From assembly GCF_003149185.1 (NCBI RefSeq), contig NZ_QGDO01000003.1:576379-640378 (forward strand): a stretch of 64,000 bases of DNA, in the 5' to 3' direction. Each line of letters opens with the position of its first letter. The stretch's first letter is position 1. The notes beneath the pieces were generated by a model. It did no database searches. It was not told the DNA's origin and was given only the letters and a program-made list of their open reading frames with translations. A program made the translations under genes and the position numbers. Of this stretch, positions 18,717 through 28,639 are shown piece after piece. This DNA comes from Sediminitomix flava (GTDB taxonomy: Bacteria; Bacteroidota; Bacteroidia; Cytophagales; Flammeovirgaceae).

Positions 18717-21194
18717 ATGTCAAAAAATCTAGTCATCGTAGAGTCCCCAGCTAAGGCAAAGACGATCGAGAAGTATTTGGGGAAAGACTTTACAGTAAGA
18801 TCAAGTTACGGCCACATACGAGATTTACCGAAAGGTGATAAAGCTATTGATATTGAGAATGATTTCACCCCTGTTTATGAAGTTTCTTCAGATAAGAAGG
18901 AAGTCATAAAAGAGTTGAACAAGGAAGTGAAGGATGCTGAATATATATGGTTAGCGACCGATGATGACCGCGAGGGAGAAGCGATATCTTGGCACTTGTA
19001 CGAGACGCTAAAATTAAATAATGATAATACGAAAAGGATTGTTTTCCGAGAAATTACGAAATCAGCAATCCTTAAAGCAATAGATTCTCCAAGAACAATT
19101 GATATAGATTTGGTGAATGCTCAGCAAGCGCGTCGTATTCTAGACCGTTTAGTTGGTTATGAATTATCACCAGTTCTTTGGAAAAAAATTAAAAGAGGTC
19201 TTTCTGCTGGCCGTGTTCAATCGGTTGCCGTAAGATTAGTTGTTGAAAGGGAACGAGAAGTGGAGGCTTTTACTCCTGAGTCTTCTTTTAAGGTAGTTGC
19301 AGAATTTGACTTAGATCAAGGTAAAGTATTAAAGGCGGAGCTCCCTAAGAAATTCAAAACCGAAGAAGAAGCCAGAGTATTCTTAGAAGCTTGTCTAAAA
19401 GGAGAATATCAAATTGCTGATTTGCAGAAAAAGCCTGGTAAAAGAACTCCAGCAGCTCCTTTTACTACTTCAACTTTACAACAAGAGGCAAGTAGAAAAT
19501 TAGGTTACTCTGTTTCTCAGACAATGATTCTAGCTCAGAAATTGTACGAGTCTGGTAAGATTACCTATATGCGTACAGATTCTGTTAACATCTCAGAAGA
19601 AGCTAAAGCTGCCGCAGCTGATGTTATTTCTTCAACTTATGGAGAAGAGTACGTAGAGACTAGACATTTCAAAACAAAATCGAAATCTGCTCAAGAGGCT
19701 CACGAAGCTATCAGACCTACTAATTTCTCAATTCCGTCTGTGAATGATGTTGATGACAACCGAGAAGCTCGTCTTTATGAGTTGATTTGGAAAAGAGCAA
19801 TCGCATCTCAAATGTCTAATGCTAGACTTGAAAAGACAATTGCTAAGATTAGTGTTTCAACAGCTGAGGAACAATTTACCGCATCTGGTGAGGTGATAGT
19901 TTTTGACGGTTTCTTGAAAGTATATATAGAATCTAAGGATGAAGATGATGCCGATAATGATGGTGATAGTTCAATGTTACCGCCATTGTCTGTCGGACAA
20001 TCTTTAGCTTTAAGTCAAATGGATGCCATTCAAAGATTTACAAGACCTGCAGCAAGATATACAGAAGCAAGTCTTGTGAAAAAGCTTGAAGAAATGGGCA
20101 TTGGTCGTCCATCTACTTATGCTCCAACAATCTCAACGATCCAAAAGCGTGATTATGTTGTGAAGGAGGCTAGAGATGGTAAAGAAAGAAAGTATCGTCA
20201 TCTAAGATTGAAAGATGGCGCAATTAAAGATACTGACCAAACTGAAATTGTAGGTAACGAGAAGAATAAACTATTCCCTACTAATATTGGAATGGTTGTT
20301 AATGATTTCTTGGTGAAGTATTTCCCTGACATTGTTGACTATTCTTTTACAGCCCAAGTTGAAGAACAATTTGATGAGATTGCCAATGGAGGAAAAGAAT
20401 GGAATTCAATGATCAAGAATTTCTATGGTTCTTTCCATGAAACAGTAGAAACAACTACAGAAAAGGCTGATCGCTCAGAAATTGGTGGTTCAAGAGTTCT
20501 TGGTACTGATCCAGTTTCAGGAAAAGAAGTAACTGTACGTTTAGGTAAGTTTGGCCCAATAGCTCAAATCGGAACAACTCCTGAAGAAGGAGACGAGGAG
20601 GCTGAAAAACCAAAGTATGCTTCTTTAAGAAAAGGTCAATATTTAGAGAGTATTACTTTAGAAGATGCCTTAGAATTATTCAAATTACCTAGAACTGTAG
20701 GAGAGTTTGAAGATAAAGTAGTAGTAGCTGCAATTGGTAGATTTGGACCTTATATTCGTCACGATGGTAAGTTTGTATCTATCGGCAAAGAACTTGCGCC
20801 TGAAACTATTACTTTGGATGAAGCAATCGCTTTGATTTTGGCTAAAAGAGAAGCTGATGCAAAGAAATTTATCAAAGCTTTTGATGAAGATCCTGAAATT
20901 CAAATTTTAAATGGTCGTTGGGGACCTTATATTTCTTACAAAAAGAAGAACTATAAAATCCCTAAAGAAACAGAAGCTTCTGAATTGACTTTTGAGGAAA
21001 CTATGAAGTTGATTGAAGAGGGAATGAAAGCACCTGCTAAAAAGAAAGGTGCAGCTGCTAAGAAGACGACTGCTGCTGAAAAGAAAACAACAGCAACTAA
21101 AGCAAAGACGACAACGAAAAAAACAACTACTAAAAAAGCAACAACAGCTAAGAAAACAACGGCTACAAAAAGGAAAACTGTTGCGAAAAAATAA
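18717..21194 (+). CDS. topA: DNA topoisomerase I with a lysine/threonine-rich C-terminal tail
   Basis: TOPRIM N-terminus (LVIVESPAKAKTIEKYLG, ATDDDREGEAI). The C-terminal ~55 aa is KKTTA-type low complexity. Confidence 0.9.
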   Translation: MSKNLVIVESPAKAKTIEKYLGKDFTVRSSYGHIRDLPKGDKAIDIENDFTPVYEVSSDKKEVIKELNKEVKDAEYIWLATDDDREGEAISWHLYETLKLNNDNTKRIVFREITKSAILKAIDSPRTIDIDLVNAQQARRILDRLVGYELSPVLWKKIKRGLSAGRVQSVAVRLVVEREREVEAFTPESSFKVVAEFDLDQGKVLKAELPKKFKTEEEARVFLEACLKGEYQIADLQKKPGKRTPAAPFTTSTLQQEASRKLGYSVSQTMILAQKLYESGKITYMRTDSVNISEEAKAAAADVISSTYGEEYVETRHFKTKSKSAQEAHEAIRPTNFSIPSVNDVDDNREARLYELIWKRAIASQMSNARLEKTIAKISVSTAEEQFTASGEVIVFDGFLKVYIESKDEDDADNDGDSSMLPPLSVGQSLALSQMDAIQRFTRPAARYTEASLVKKLEEMGIGRPSTYAPTISTIQKRDYVVKEARDGKERKYRHLRLKDGAIKDTDQTEIVGNEKNKLFPTNIGMVVNDFLVKYFPDIVDYSFTAQVEEQFDEIANGGKEWNSMIKNFYGSFHETVETTTEKADRSEIGGSRVLGTDPVSGKEVTVRLGKFGPIAQIGTTPEEGDEEAEKPKYASLRKGQYLESITLEDALELFKLPRTVGEFEDKVVVAAIGRFGPYIRHDGKFVSIGKELAPETITLDEAIALILAKREADAKKFIKAFDEDPEIQILNGRWGPYISYKKKNYKIPKETEASELTFEETMKLIEEGMKAPAKKKGAAAKKTTAAEKKTTATKAKTTTKKTTTKKATTAKKTTATKRKTVAKK

Positions 21195-21232
21195 TAGTTT
21201 GTTTTAAAATAATATAGTTTCTTAAAAATCAC

Positions 21233-21270
21233 AGAACCGTAGGTAAAACATAACCTACGGTTCTTTTTTA
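21233..21270 (+). terminator. Rho-independent terminator downstream of topA
   Basis: 12-bp perfect stem (agaaccgtaggt / acctacggttct) with an 8-nt loop, followed by TTTTTT. Confidence 0.75.
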
Positions 21271-21414
21271 TGTGCTATATTTGACTTGGCGATGTAAAGT
21301 TTTCTTTTATTTGCATAGGCAATTATGATATGAGTTAACTTTTGTTTAAAATTGCTCTTAATAGAGCTAAATATTAAGATTCCAAGTTATTTAATACCCC
21401 TAAAGGGAACTTCT

Positions 21415-22611
21415 ATGAATATACATGAGTATCAGGCGAAAGAGCTATTAAAAAGACACAACGTAGCAATCGGTGAAGGTATTTTGGCGAATACGCCAGA
21501 GGAAGCTGTAGCAGCAGCTGAAGCTTTAACTGAGCAAACTGGAACGCAAAAGTGGGCTGTAAAAGCTCAAATTCATGCTGGTGGTCGTGGTAAAGGCGGC
21601 GGAGTAAAAATTGCTAGCAATCTTGAAGAAGTAAAAGAACATGCTTCTAATATTATCGGGATGCAGCTTGTGACTCCACAAACTGGCGCAGAAGGTAAAA
21701 AAGTTTATAAAGTACTAGTACAAGAAAATACATATTATCCAGGAGAGTCTGAGCTTTCTGAGATTTACATGTCTATCTTATTGAATAGAGGTACAGGACG
21801 TAACATGGTTATGTACTCTACAGAAGGTGGAATGGATATCGAGGAAGTTGCTGAAAAAACTCCTCATTTGATCTTTACTGAAGATATCGATCCTAAAGTA
21901 GGTTTGACTGGTTTCCAAGCTAGAAGAATTGCTTTTAACCTAGGTCTTTCAGGTAAAGCTTTCAAAGAAATGGTGAAATTCGTTTCAGGTCTTTACAATG
22001 TATATGTAAAAGAAGATGCTGAAATGATCGAAATCAACCCTGTTCTTAAAACAACAGATGATAGAATCTTGGCAGTAGATGCAAAGATTTCTCTAGAAGA
22101 AAATGCTCTTTACCGTCACAAAGATAATCAAGAGTTCCGTGACTTGACTGAAGAAGACCCTTCTGAAGTTGAAGCAGGAAAATATAACTTGAACTACGTG
22201 AAGCTTGATGGTAACGTAGGTTGTATGGTAAATGGTGCTGGTCTTGCAATGGCTACAATGGACATGATTAAATTGTCTGGTGGTGAGCCTGCAAACTTCC
22301 TTGATGTTGGAGGTTCTGCGAATGCTGAGACAGTAGAGAATGGTTTCCGTATCATCCTTTCTGACCCTAAAGTAAAAGCAATCTTGATCAACGTATTCGG
22401 TGGTATCGTTCGTTGTGACCGTGTTGCTAAAGGTGTAATTGAAGCATACAAAAATATTGGTAACATTGAAGTTCCAATTATTGTAAGACTTCAAGGTACT
22501 AATGCAGAAGAGGCTGCTCAATTGATCAATGAGTCTGGTCTTAAAGTAATTTCTGCAGTAGTATTGAAAGATGCAGCAGAGAAAGTAAAAGAAGCTTTAG
22601 CTTCTGCTTAA
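21415..22611 (+). CDS. sucC: Succinate--CoA ligase (ADP-forming) beta subunit
   Basis: Canonical MNIHEYQAKELL N-terminus (start placed at the internal ATG 21415) and ATP-grasp motifs. Confidence 0.9.
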   Translation: MNIHEYQAKELLKRHNVAIGEGILANTPEEAVAAAEALTEQTGTQKWAVKAQIHAGGRGKGGGVKIASNLEEVKEHASNIIGMQLVTPQTGAEGKKVYKVLVQENTYYPGESELSEIYMSILLNRGTGRNMVMYSTEGGMDIEEVAEKTPHLIFTEDIDPKVGLTGFQARRIAFNLGLSGKAFKEMVKFVSGLYNVYVKEDAEMIEINPVLKTTDDRILAVDAKISLEENALYRHKDNQEFRDLTEEDPSEVEAGKYNLNYVKLDGNVGCMVNGAGLAMATMDMIKLSGGEPANFLDVGGSANAETVENGFRIILSDPKVKAILINVFGGIVRCDRVAKGVIEAYKNIGNIEVPIIVRLQGTNAEEAAQLINESGLKVISAVVLKDAAEKVKEALASA

Positions 22612-22630
22612 GAAATATTTGAAATGATTT

Positions 22631-22667
22631 AAGCCTGTTCAATCTAATTGGACAGGCTTTTTTTGTT
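22631..22667 (+). terminator. Rho-independent terminator downstream of sucC
   Basis: aagcctgt...acaggctt stem followed by a T7 run. Confidence 0.6.
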
Positions 22668-22679
22668 TAAATTTAGGCT

Positions 22680-23729
22680 ATGAATAATGTGTTGAAAACG
22701 GTATTACGTCCTTTGGGTGGATTGTACGGAGGAATTATGTCCTTCAGAAACTTTTTATATAAGAAAAATATTTTTAGGGCTTCTCAGTTTGATCTAAAGA
22801 TTATATCTGTTGGAAACCTTTCTGTAGGTGGTACAGGGAAGACTCCTCATGTTGAATTACTAGTTTCCTTGTTTGAGGATGAATATAATTTGGGGATTTT
22901 AAGTAGAGGGTATGGAAGAAGAACGAAAGGTTTTTTATTGGCTAATGAACATCCTACAGCACAAGAAATAGGGGATGAGCCTGCGCAATACCAATCTAAA
23001 TTTGGAGAGAAACATGTTGTGGCTGTTGGGGAAGAACGAGCAATGGCAATTCCTCAAATGCTTTATCAGCATGAAAATATAAATATGATTATTCTCGATG
23101 ATGCTTTTCAACATAGAGCTGTAGATCGAGATGTAAATATTATGCTCACTGAATTTCAACGTCCTTTTTATGATGATTTCATCATGCCAGCTGGTAGGCT
23201 GAGGGAGAAAAGAATAGGAGCAAGTAGAGCTGATATTGTAATTATTACAAAATGTCCTGCTGATTTATCAAAAACTCAAGCGGCTCAAATGAGTACTGAG
23301 GTTCAAAGATATGCTGGAGAGGATACGCCTGTATTTTTTAGTTCTATAAAATATGGTAAGTTGAAATCTGTTCAAAATCATAATGAGACTCTAGATTGGG
23401 CAGATAAGACATACTTGCTAACTGGAATAGCAAATGCTAATCCGATGAAAGAATATATTTCTCACTATTCTCAAATTATTCATCATGATGAGAAAGCAGA
23501 TCATTTTCATTACTCAGAGTTTAGAGTAGAGAAAATACTAGAAAGGTTCGAAAAAGAAACTTCTGGAAATGGAATGATTGTGACAACAGAGAAGGATATG
23601 GTCAAACTAACAAATCCTTCAATCCTAGAGTTATTAAAAGGGAAGTCAATTGCTTATCTTCCTATAGAAATTGATATTCTTTTTGATAAAAAAGACGAAC
23701 TGAAATCTGAAATAACAAAAAAACTATAA
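22680..23729 (+). CDS. lpxK: Tetraacyldisaccharide 4'-kinase
   Basis: ISVGNLSVGGTGKTP P-loop and overall LpxK architecture. Confidence 0.8.
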   Translation: MNNVLKTVLRPLGGLYGGIMSFRNFLYKKNIFRASQFDLKIISVGNLSVGGTGKTPHVELLVSLFEDEYNLGILSRGYGRRTKGFLLANEHPTAQEIGDEPAQYQSKFGEKHVVAVGEERAMAIPQMLYQHENINMIILDDAFQHRAVDRDVNIMLTEFQRPFYDDFIMPAGRLREKRIGASRADIVIITKCPADLSKTQAAQMSTEVQRYAGEDTPVFFSSIKYGKLKSVQNHNETLDWADKTYLLTGIANANPMKEYISHYSQIIHHDEKADHFHYSEFRVEKILERFEKETSGNGMIVTTEKDMVKLTNPSILELLKGKSIAYLPIEIDILFDKKDELKSEITKKL

Positions 23730-23762
23730 AGACTAACTTTTTTATAAACTAATCATTACCTG

Positions 23763-24875
23763 ATGACTGCTATTTTAACTGCTTTAGGAACTGCTGTTCC
23801 AGAATATAAAATCTCCCAATCAGAGCTTGTACCTTTTATGTCTAAGCTTCTGAAATTAGATCATGTTGAAGAGCGTAAGCTATCTATTTTATATAGAGCG
23901 ACAGGTATTCAGCATCGGCATTCGGTAATTCCAGATTTTGAAAAAAAAGAGCAGTTAGAATTTTTTAGAGAAGATGATTTAGATTTTTCTCCTCCAATCT
24001 CACAGCGAATGCAATATTATGAGAAGTCAGCTTTGGGATTAGCAAAAAATGCAGTTTTAGATGCTTTTCAAGGTCTTGAAGATGAGATTTATGATGAAAT
24101 AACGCATTTAATTACGGTAAGTTGTACAGGAATGTACGCACCAGGTTTAGATATTGAGTTGGTTCAAGAGTTACCGCTTAAATCTTCAATACAACGGACT
24201 GCCGTAAACTTTATGGGTTGCTATGGTGCATTCAATGCTTTAAAGTTAGCAAAGTCTATTTGTGAAGCGGATAAAAATAGTAAGGTCTTAGTTGTTTCAG
24301 TTGAGTTATGTACGCTTCATTTTCAGCATTCTAAAGATGAAGAACAACTTCTTGCCGCTTCATTGTTTGCAGATGGATCAGCAGCAGCATTAGTTGAAGG
24401 AAAAGTAGATGCTCCGAGAAAGTTTCAGTTAGAATTGAATACTTTTTTTGCAGATTTAGTACCACAGGGTAAAACAGAAATGCAATGGCATATTGAAGAT
24501 CATGGTTTTAAAATGGGTTTGACAACCCTAGTTCCGGAGTTGATCAGAGATGAAATGGATGTTCTGATACAAAATCTATTTTCAAAATCGTCAGCTAATC
24601 AGGATGAAGTAGACTTTTATGCAATTCACCCTGGAGGGAAGAAAATTCTACAAGAAGTTGAGAAGAAATTAGGGATTACAAAAGAGCAAAATGCAGTCGC
24701 TCATGAAGTCCTTAGAGATTACGGAAATATGTCTTCTGCTACAATTCTGTTCGTTCTGAAAAAACTACTTACTGAGATAAACGAGGTTGAAGAACCGAAA
24801 ATAATATTGGGTATGGCGTTTGGTCCAGGCTTAACAATTGAGTCTATGATTGTACGTTTATTACCAACTGATTAA
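23763..24875 (+). CDS. Type III polyketide synthase (chalcone/stilbene synthase family)
   Basis: Active-site Cys context (VSCTGMYAPGLD), GCYGAFNAL, and the C-terminal GFGPG-like block (AFGPGLT). Confidence 0.8.
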   Translation: MTAILTALGTAVPEYKISQSELVPFMSKLLKLDHVEERKLSILYRATGIQHRHSVIPDFEKKEQLEFFREDDLDFSPPISQRMQYYEKSALGLAKNAVLDAFQGLEDEIYDEITHLITVSCTGMYAPGLDIELVQELPLKSSIQRTAVNFMGCYGAFNALKLAKSICEADKNSKVLVVSVELCTLHFQHSKDEEQLLAASLFADGSAAALVEGKVDAPRKFQLELNTFFADLVPQGKTEMQWHIEDHGFKMGLTTLVPELIRDEMDVLIQNLFSKSSANQDEVDFYAIHPGGKKILQEVEKKLGITKEQNAVAHEVLRDYGNMSSATILFVLKKLLTEINEVEEPKIILGMAFGPGLTIESMIVRLLPTD

Positions 24876-24905
24876 TATAAACACTATACTAAACTTAAAC
24901 ACTTT

Positions 24906-25802
24906 TTGAAAATGGTAAAAACTATTGATTTAAACTTCTTGGGGAAGGATGAGGCAATTGCATCATTTATCATTCCTACTTCTGAAGGTCCTGTATTGGT
25001 TGAAACAGGTCCTTATTCAACCTATCCTAACCTAGAAAAAGCAATAGAACTAGCAGGGTATAAAGTTTCAGATGTGAAACATGTTTTACTAACTCATATC
25101 CACCTCGACCACGCTGGTGCAGCATGGAAATTTGCTGAAATGGGAGCAACGATTTACATGCACCCATTTGGCAAAAGACACATGGTCGATCCATCTAAGT
25201 TGATGGCTTCAGCTAGAATGATTTACAAAGATCAGATGGATGTACTTTGGGGAGACATGAAAAATATCCCTGAGGAAAAAATTGTGGAAGTTCAAGATGA
25301 CCAAGTATTTCAATTTGGCGATACAGAAATCAAAGCGTGGTACACTCCTGGTCATGCAAAACACCATATTGCGTGGCAATTGGGTGATAGTCTGTTCACA
25401 GGAGATGTAGCTGGAGTGAAAATTGGCAATGGTCCTGTAGTTTCTCCTTGTCCTCCTCCAGATATCAATTTGGAAGATTGGAAAGTATCTCTAGATCTGA
25501 TTCGTAAGATTGCACCTGCAAGACTTTTCTTAACGCATTATGGCGAAATCACGGAAGTAGAAGCTCATTTGGATGCTTTGGAAAAAGATCTTCATACTGT
25601 TGCAAACTGGATTAGAGCGCGAATGAAACCAAGAGTTGATGTTTTAGAGTTAACGAAAGAGTTTAATGCTTTTTGCCAAGAAGAACTACGTAAACAAGGA
25701 GTAGATGAAGTAGGTATAGCTCAATATGATGCTGCAAACCCTGCATGGATGAGTGTGGCTGGTTTAATGCGTTATTGGACAAAGAAGGCTGAAATTGTTT
25801 AG
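24906..25802 (+). CDS. MBL-fold metallo-hydrolase
   Basis: THIHLDHAG (HxHxDH) plus downstream His/Asp ligands. Confidence 0.65.
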   Translation: MKMVKTIDLNFLGKDEAIASFIIPTSEGPVLVETGPYSTYPNLEKAIELAGYKVSDVKHVLLTHIHLDHAGAAWKFAEMGATIYMHPFGKRHMVDPSKLMASARMIYKDQMDVLWGDMKNIPEEKIVEVQDDQVFQFGDTEIKAWYTPGHAKHHIAWQLGDSLFTGDVAGVKIGNGPVVSPCPPPDINLEDWKVSLDLIRKIAPARLFLTHYGEITEVEAHLDALEKDLHTVANWIRARMKPRVDVLELTKEFNAFCQEELRKQGVDEVGIAQYDAANPAWMSVAGLMRYWTKKAEIV

Positions 25803-25814
25803 TAATTAAATTTT

Positions 25815-25849
25815 GAGAATGCTTGAGTTGTTGCCAACTCAAGCATTCT
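25815..25849. terminator. Bidirectional hairpin terminator between convergent genes
   Basis: 15-bp inverted repeat (gagaatgcttgagttg / caactcaagcattct) with a 4-nt loop. Confidence 0.55.
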
Positions 25850-27660
25850 TATTTCGATTTATTTCTTAGTTCTATAAGGCTATGTTTACCAGGTGTTAGT
25901 TCTATTTTTCCATCATTTATTTTAAATCCATTATATAGAATTTGGTAGTTTTTAATGCTATGAAAAATAGCGGTCATATTATTTGGTATCTCAAATTCAT
26001 ATGACAGATTTCCATCTTTATCTAAATTATAAGTAGCTATAATTTCCCCTTTTAAAGTAGGTACTTTTATAGTAGAATATTTCAGATTGTGTAGTTGAGG
26101 TTTTATTTCTGCAATTTTGAATCCAGCGGAAGTTGGTTTTATACCCCAAAGATTTCTAGTGATAATATTGAGTGGAGCAGTACCCCAAGCATGATTCCAA
26201 TCTAGGTTTTCCTTGTATTTTTTATCCCAAACCTCCATCGTCATAGTAGAGCCTGCCTCTATCATATTCCACCACGATCTAGTCTTTTTAGTTTCAGTAA
26301 TAAGTTGTAAAGCATACTCAGATTCGTAATGTTGTAATAGTGTTTCTAGTAAGTATTGAGCACCATATACACTACAACTCATTTCCTTTTCCTTAATAAA
26401 TTCAATAACTGTTTTAGTATGTTCTTTTGGAACAAGTCCCATTGCTAAAGAAAAGAAATTGGCATGTAAAGAGTAATGAGAGGCTTCTTCTCCATCTTTA
26501 TATATCCCCAATTTCTCATCAAAAAAAACATCATTGTAACTCTCTTTCAATTTTTTGGCCTTCTCAAGGTAAAAATTAGCTTCATCTTTTTTGCCTATGG
26601 TACTAGCTATAAGAGACAACATAGAAAGATTTTCATAGTAAAATGCATTTACTACTGTGTTGTACGGTTTGAATTGGAAGTTATTTCTTTCAACAGCTGG
26701 CCAGTCTACTATGTCTTTGATTTGAGTATTGACCTTTTTAAATCCTATGGTTTTGTGCAATGAATCTCCAGAAACTAAAGAGCTTGTACTTATTAGCCCA
26801 TCTTCTCTTTCTAGTGCTATGAGCGACCTTGCTTTTAATTTTTCGTAGTTCTCTTTTAAATATTTAGTATCTCCAGAGTACAAATAGTCGGTGTAGAAAA
26901 GTTTTGCGGTATGAAGAATCCATTCTGTAGGCCATGTCGGATTGTCAATGAAATATTGATTGGTATTTTGAGCAATATCATAATTGGTATCAACACAGTA
27001 ATGACTGAGTTGATTGATAAAAGCATCAGCTTCATAAGGCTTTCTTTCCCTGTGTCCATCTATGTAATAACCTGTAAAACTAGTAGCTTTTATTGTGTGT
27101 TTACATAAATCCCATATCTGATTTAAGATTGTGTCTGATGAAGTAAACGAACTTTTATGATCGTTAAAAGAATAGTGAAGCGCTTTTAAATTTATCTTTA
27201 TAGATTCGATAGGGATTTGTAAATTCTGAATTTCACAGTATCTAAATGGTATAACTTCTTGAAACTCTTTTGGAGCTGATACCGCAGAACGACGAGGTAA
27301 ATACTTTTCAGGAATGGCGATATCTATCAATTCATGATTTGGAATTTGATCTAGCTTTATGCGGCAATAATTTATATATCCACCAGGTTTTTTATCTATT
27401 CTATTTTGGTCGTTTAGTTTTTCACCTAGATCAATAATTAACTTTTTACCTTGTTTTTGGCTAGTTTGAATTTGTAAAGTACCAAAGTAAGCTTTACCAA
27501 AATCAATTAGATAATGTCCTTTTTTTAGTTCAGTGATAGTCTTGGGAGTAATAATGGAATGTTCAAAGTTTTCAGCTTTTGGAGAGTAAGCTTTTTGTGC
27601 AAAAGAATGAAAAGTGAAATATAGGGTAGTAGAAAATAGCAATATTAGCTGTTTCAACAT
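25849..27660 (-). CDS. Secreted GH78-like (alpha-L-rhamnosidase six-hairpin) glycoside hydrolase, short form
   Basis: Signal peptide. DGHRERKPYEADAF and WPTEWILHTAKLFYTDYLYSGDTKYLKENYEKLK resemble the GH78 catalytic-domain motifs (RERLGWTGDA; GDTRILEEQYPSMK). It lacks the usual N-terminal beta-sandwich domains. Confidence 0.5.
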   Translation of the reverse strand: MLKQLILLFSTTLYFTFHSFAQKAYSPKAENFEHSIITPKTITELKKGHYLIDFGKAYFGTLQIQTSQKQGKKLIIDLGEKLNDQNRIDKKPGGYINYCRIKLDQIPNHELIDIAIPEKYLPRRSAVSAPKEFQEVIPFRYCEIQNLQIPIESIKINLKALHYSFNDHKSSFTSSDTILNQIWDLCKHTIKATSFTGYYIDGHRERKPYEADAFINQLSHYCVDTNYDIAQNTNQYFIDNPTWPTEWILHTAKLFYTDYLYSGDTKYLKENYEKLKARSLIALEREDGLISTSSLVSGDSLHKTIGFKKVNTQIKDIVDWPAVERNNFQFKPYNTVVNAFYYENLSMLSLIASTIGKKDEANFYLEKAKKLKESYNDVFFDEKLGIYKDGEEASHYSLHANFFSLAMGLVPKEHTKTVIEFIKEKEMSCSVYGAQYLLETLLQHYESEYALQLITETKKTRSWWNMIEAGSTMTMEVWDKKYKENLDWNHAWGTAPLNIITRNLWGIKPTSAGFKIAEIKPQLHNLKYSTIKVPTLKGEIIATYNLDKDGNLSYEFEIPNNMTAIFHSIKNYQILYNGFKINDGKIELTPGKHSLIELRNKSK

Positions 27661-27771
27661 GGGTCTGTTTAGTCTAGTTTATTAACTTTGAAACTAGAAC
27701 AGACTAGAGAGAAAGATTAGTTTTAAAAAGTAATATTCTAACTGAAAATTTAATCAAGGGACTAAGCTCAT

Positions 27772-28596
27772 TTAAAGTTGAATATGTATATGATCATCAT
27801 GTCGGACAGCATGACAACCATGGAATCGTACTTTGCTATGAGTTAGTTTCATTCGACTTTTTAAATGAGGTTCAATAAATATCTTTTGAATATCGGAATT
27901 ACGGATGATGGCATTCATAAGTGCCATGGTTCTTTCTATATCAAGAATCATCTCTGCTTGACTCCAACTAGGACTTAGGTATTTAGCTAAATCATATTGG
28001 ATAAAACCATTTTCTAGACATCGTTTATTCGTGTTTTCTTCTCCTTTTTTAGCTTCTTCAAAAGCGCCATAACCAATCCAAGATGGTGCAGTATCTTCAA
28101 GTACTTCTCCATTTTCAGATTTATAATAAAATGCTAAATCAATTTTTTGTCCATCGTTATGACTTAAGTGAGGTATCAATGGGAATCCATCCCAAAATGG
28201 AAAGTTTGCATCTAGATAAATTAGACTAGAATGTGGATAAGAATTCTGAAAGTCAGTGGCAATTTCTTCTAGAGAATTTTTCAGCTTATGATTTACATAA
28301 TGTCTATTCAATAGTATAGTGATCTTGTTTAATGGTTTTATACTTTCAGAATTGTAAGGCAAGGGAGTTCTTCCAAAAAATGGGGCAATGCTAGGAACTA
28401 AGAAAAGTGAAAAGAGTAAATAAAGAGAGAGGTAGATAATTGTTGAACTAAAGAAATTAAATCGGAATTGTTTTCTTTTAAGAAGACGAAGAAGGAAATA
28501 GTGAAGCAGTAACACAATTCCTCCAATCTGTGTTAGTATAATCAGAAAAATAAAAAGTACGCTTCTGAAAACTGATCTTAAAAAGTTTGGTTTCAT
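27772..28596 (-). CDS. Hypothetical membrane protein with a His-rich C-terminus
   Basis: Two N-terminal TM helices; C-terminal HGCHAVRHDDHIHIQ cluster; no family recognised. Confidence 0.3.
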   Translation of the reverse strand: MKPNFLRSVFRSVLFIFLIILTQIGGIVLLLHYFLLRLLKRKQFRFNFFSSTIIYLSLYLLFSLFLVPSIAPFFGRTPLPYNSESIKPLNKITILLNRHYVNHKLKNSLEEIATDFQNSYPHSSLIYLDANFPFWDGFPLIPHLSHNDGQKIDLAFYYKSENGEVLEDTAPSWIGYGAFEEAKKGEENTNKRCLENGFIQYDLAKYLSPSWSQAEMILDIERTMALMNAIIRNSDIQKIFIEPHLKSRMKLTHSKVRFHGCHAVRHDDHIHIQL

Positions 28597-28639
28597 AAAT
28601 TATATTTATTTGGCTATAAAACTAATAAACTAAAATTGG

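Noticed and set aside
21040-21194. Tandem-repeat or CRISPR-like array at the end of topA
   Set aside because: The repeats are short, imperfect and in frame, encoding the K/T/A tail. There are no spacer/repeat structure and no cas genes anywhere in the window.
20951-21232. 93-aa antisense ORF (V/A/F-rich) over the topA 3' end
   Set aside because: It is a reverse-complement artefact of the lysine-rich low-complexity topA tail.
27661-27771. Long imperfect hairpin (gtctgtttagtctagttt...aaactagaacagac) read as a terminator
   Set aside because: It lies upstream of the start of the minus-strand GH78-like gene and downstream of nothing co-directional. It is more likely a 5'-UTR or promoter structure, and its stem is imperfect.
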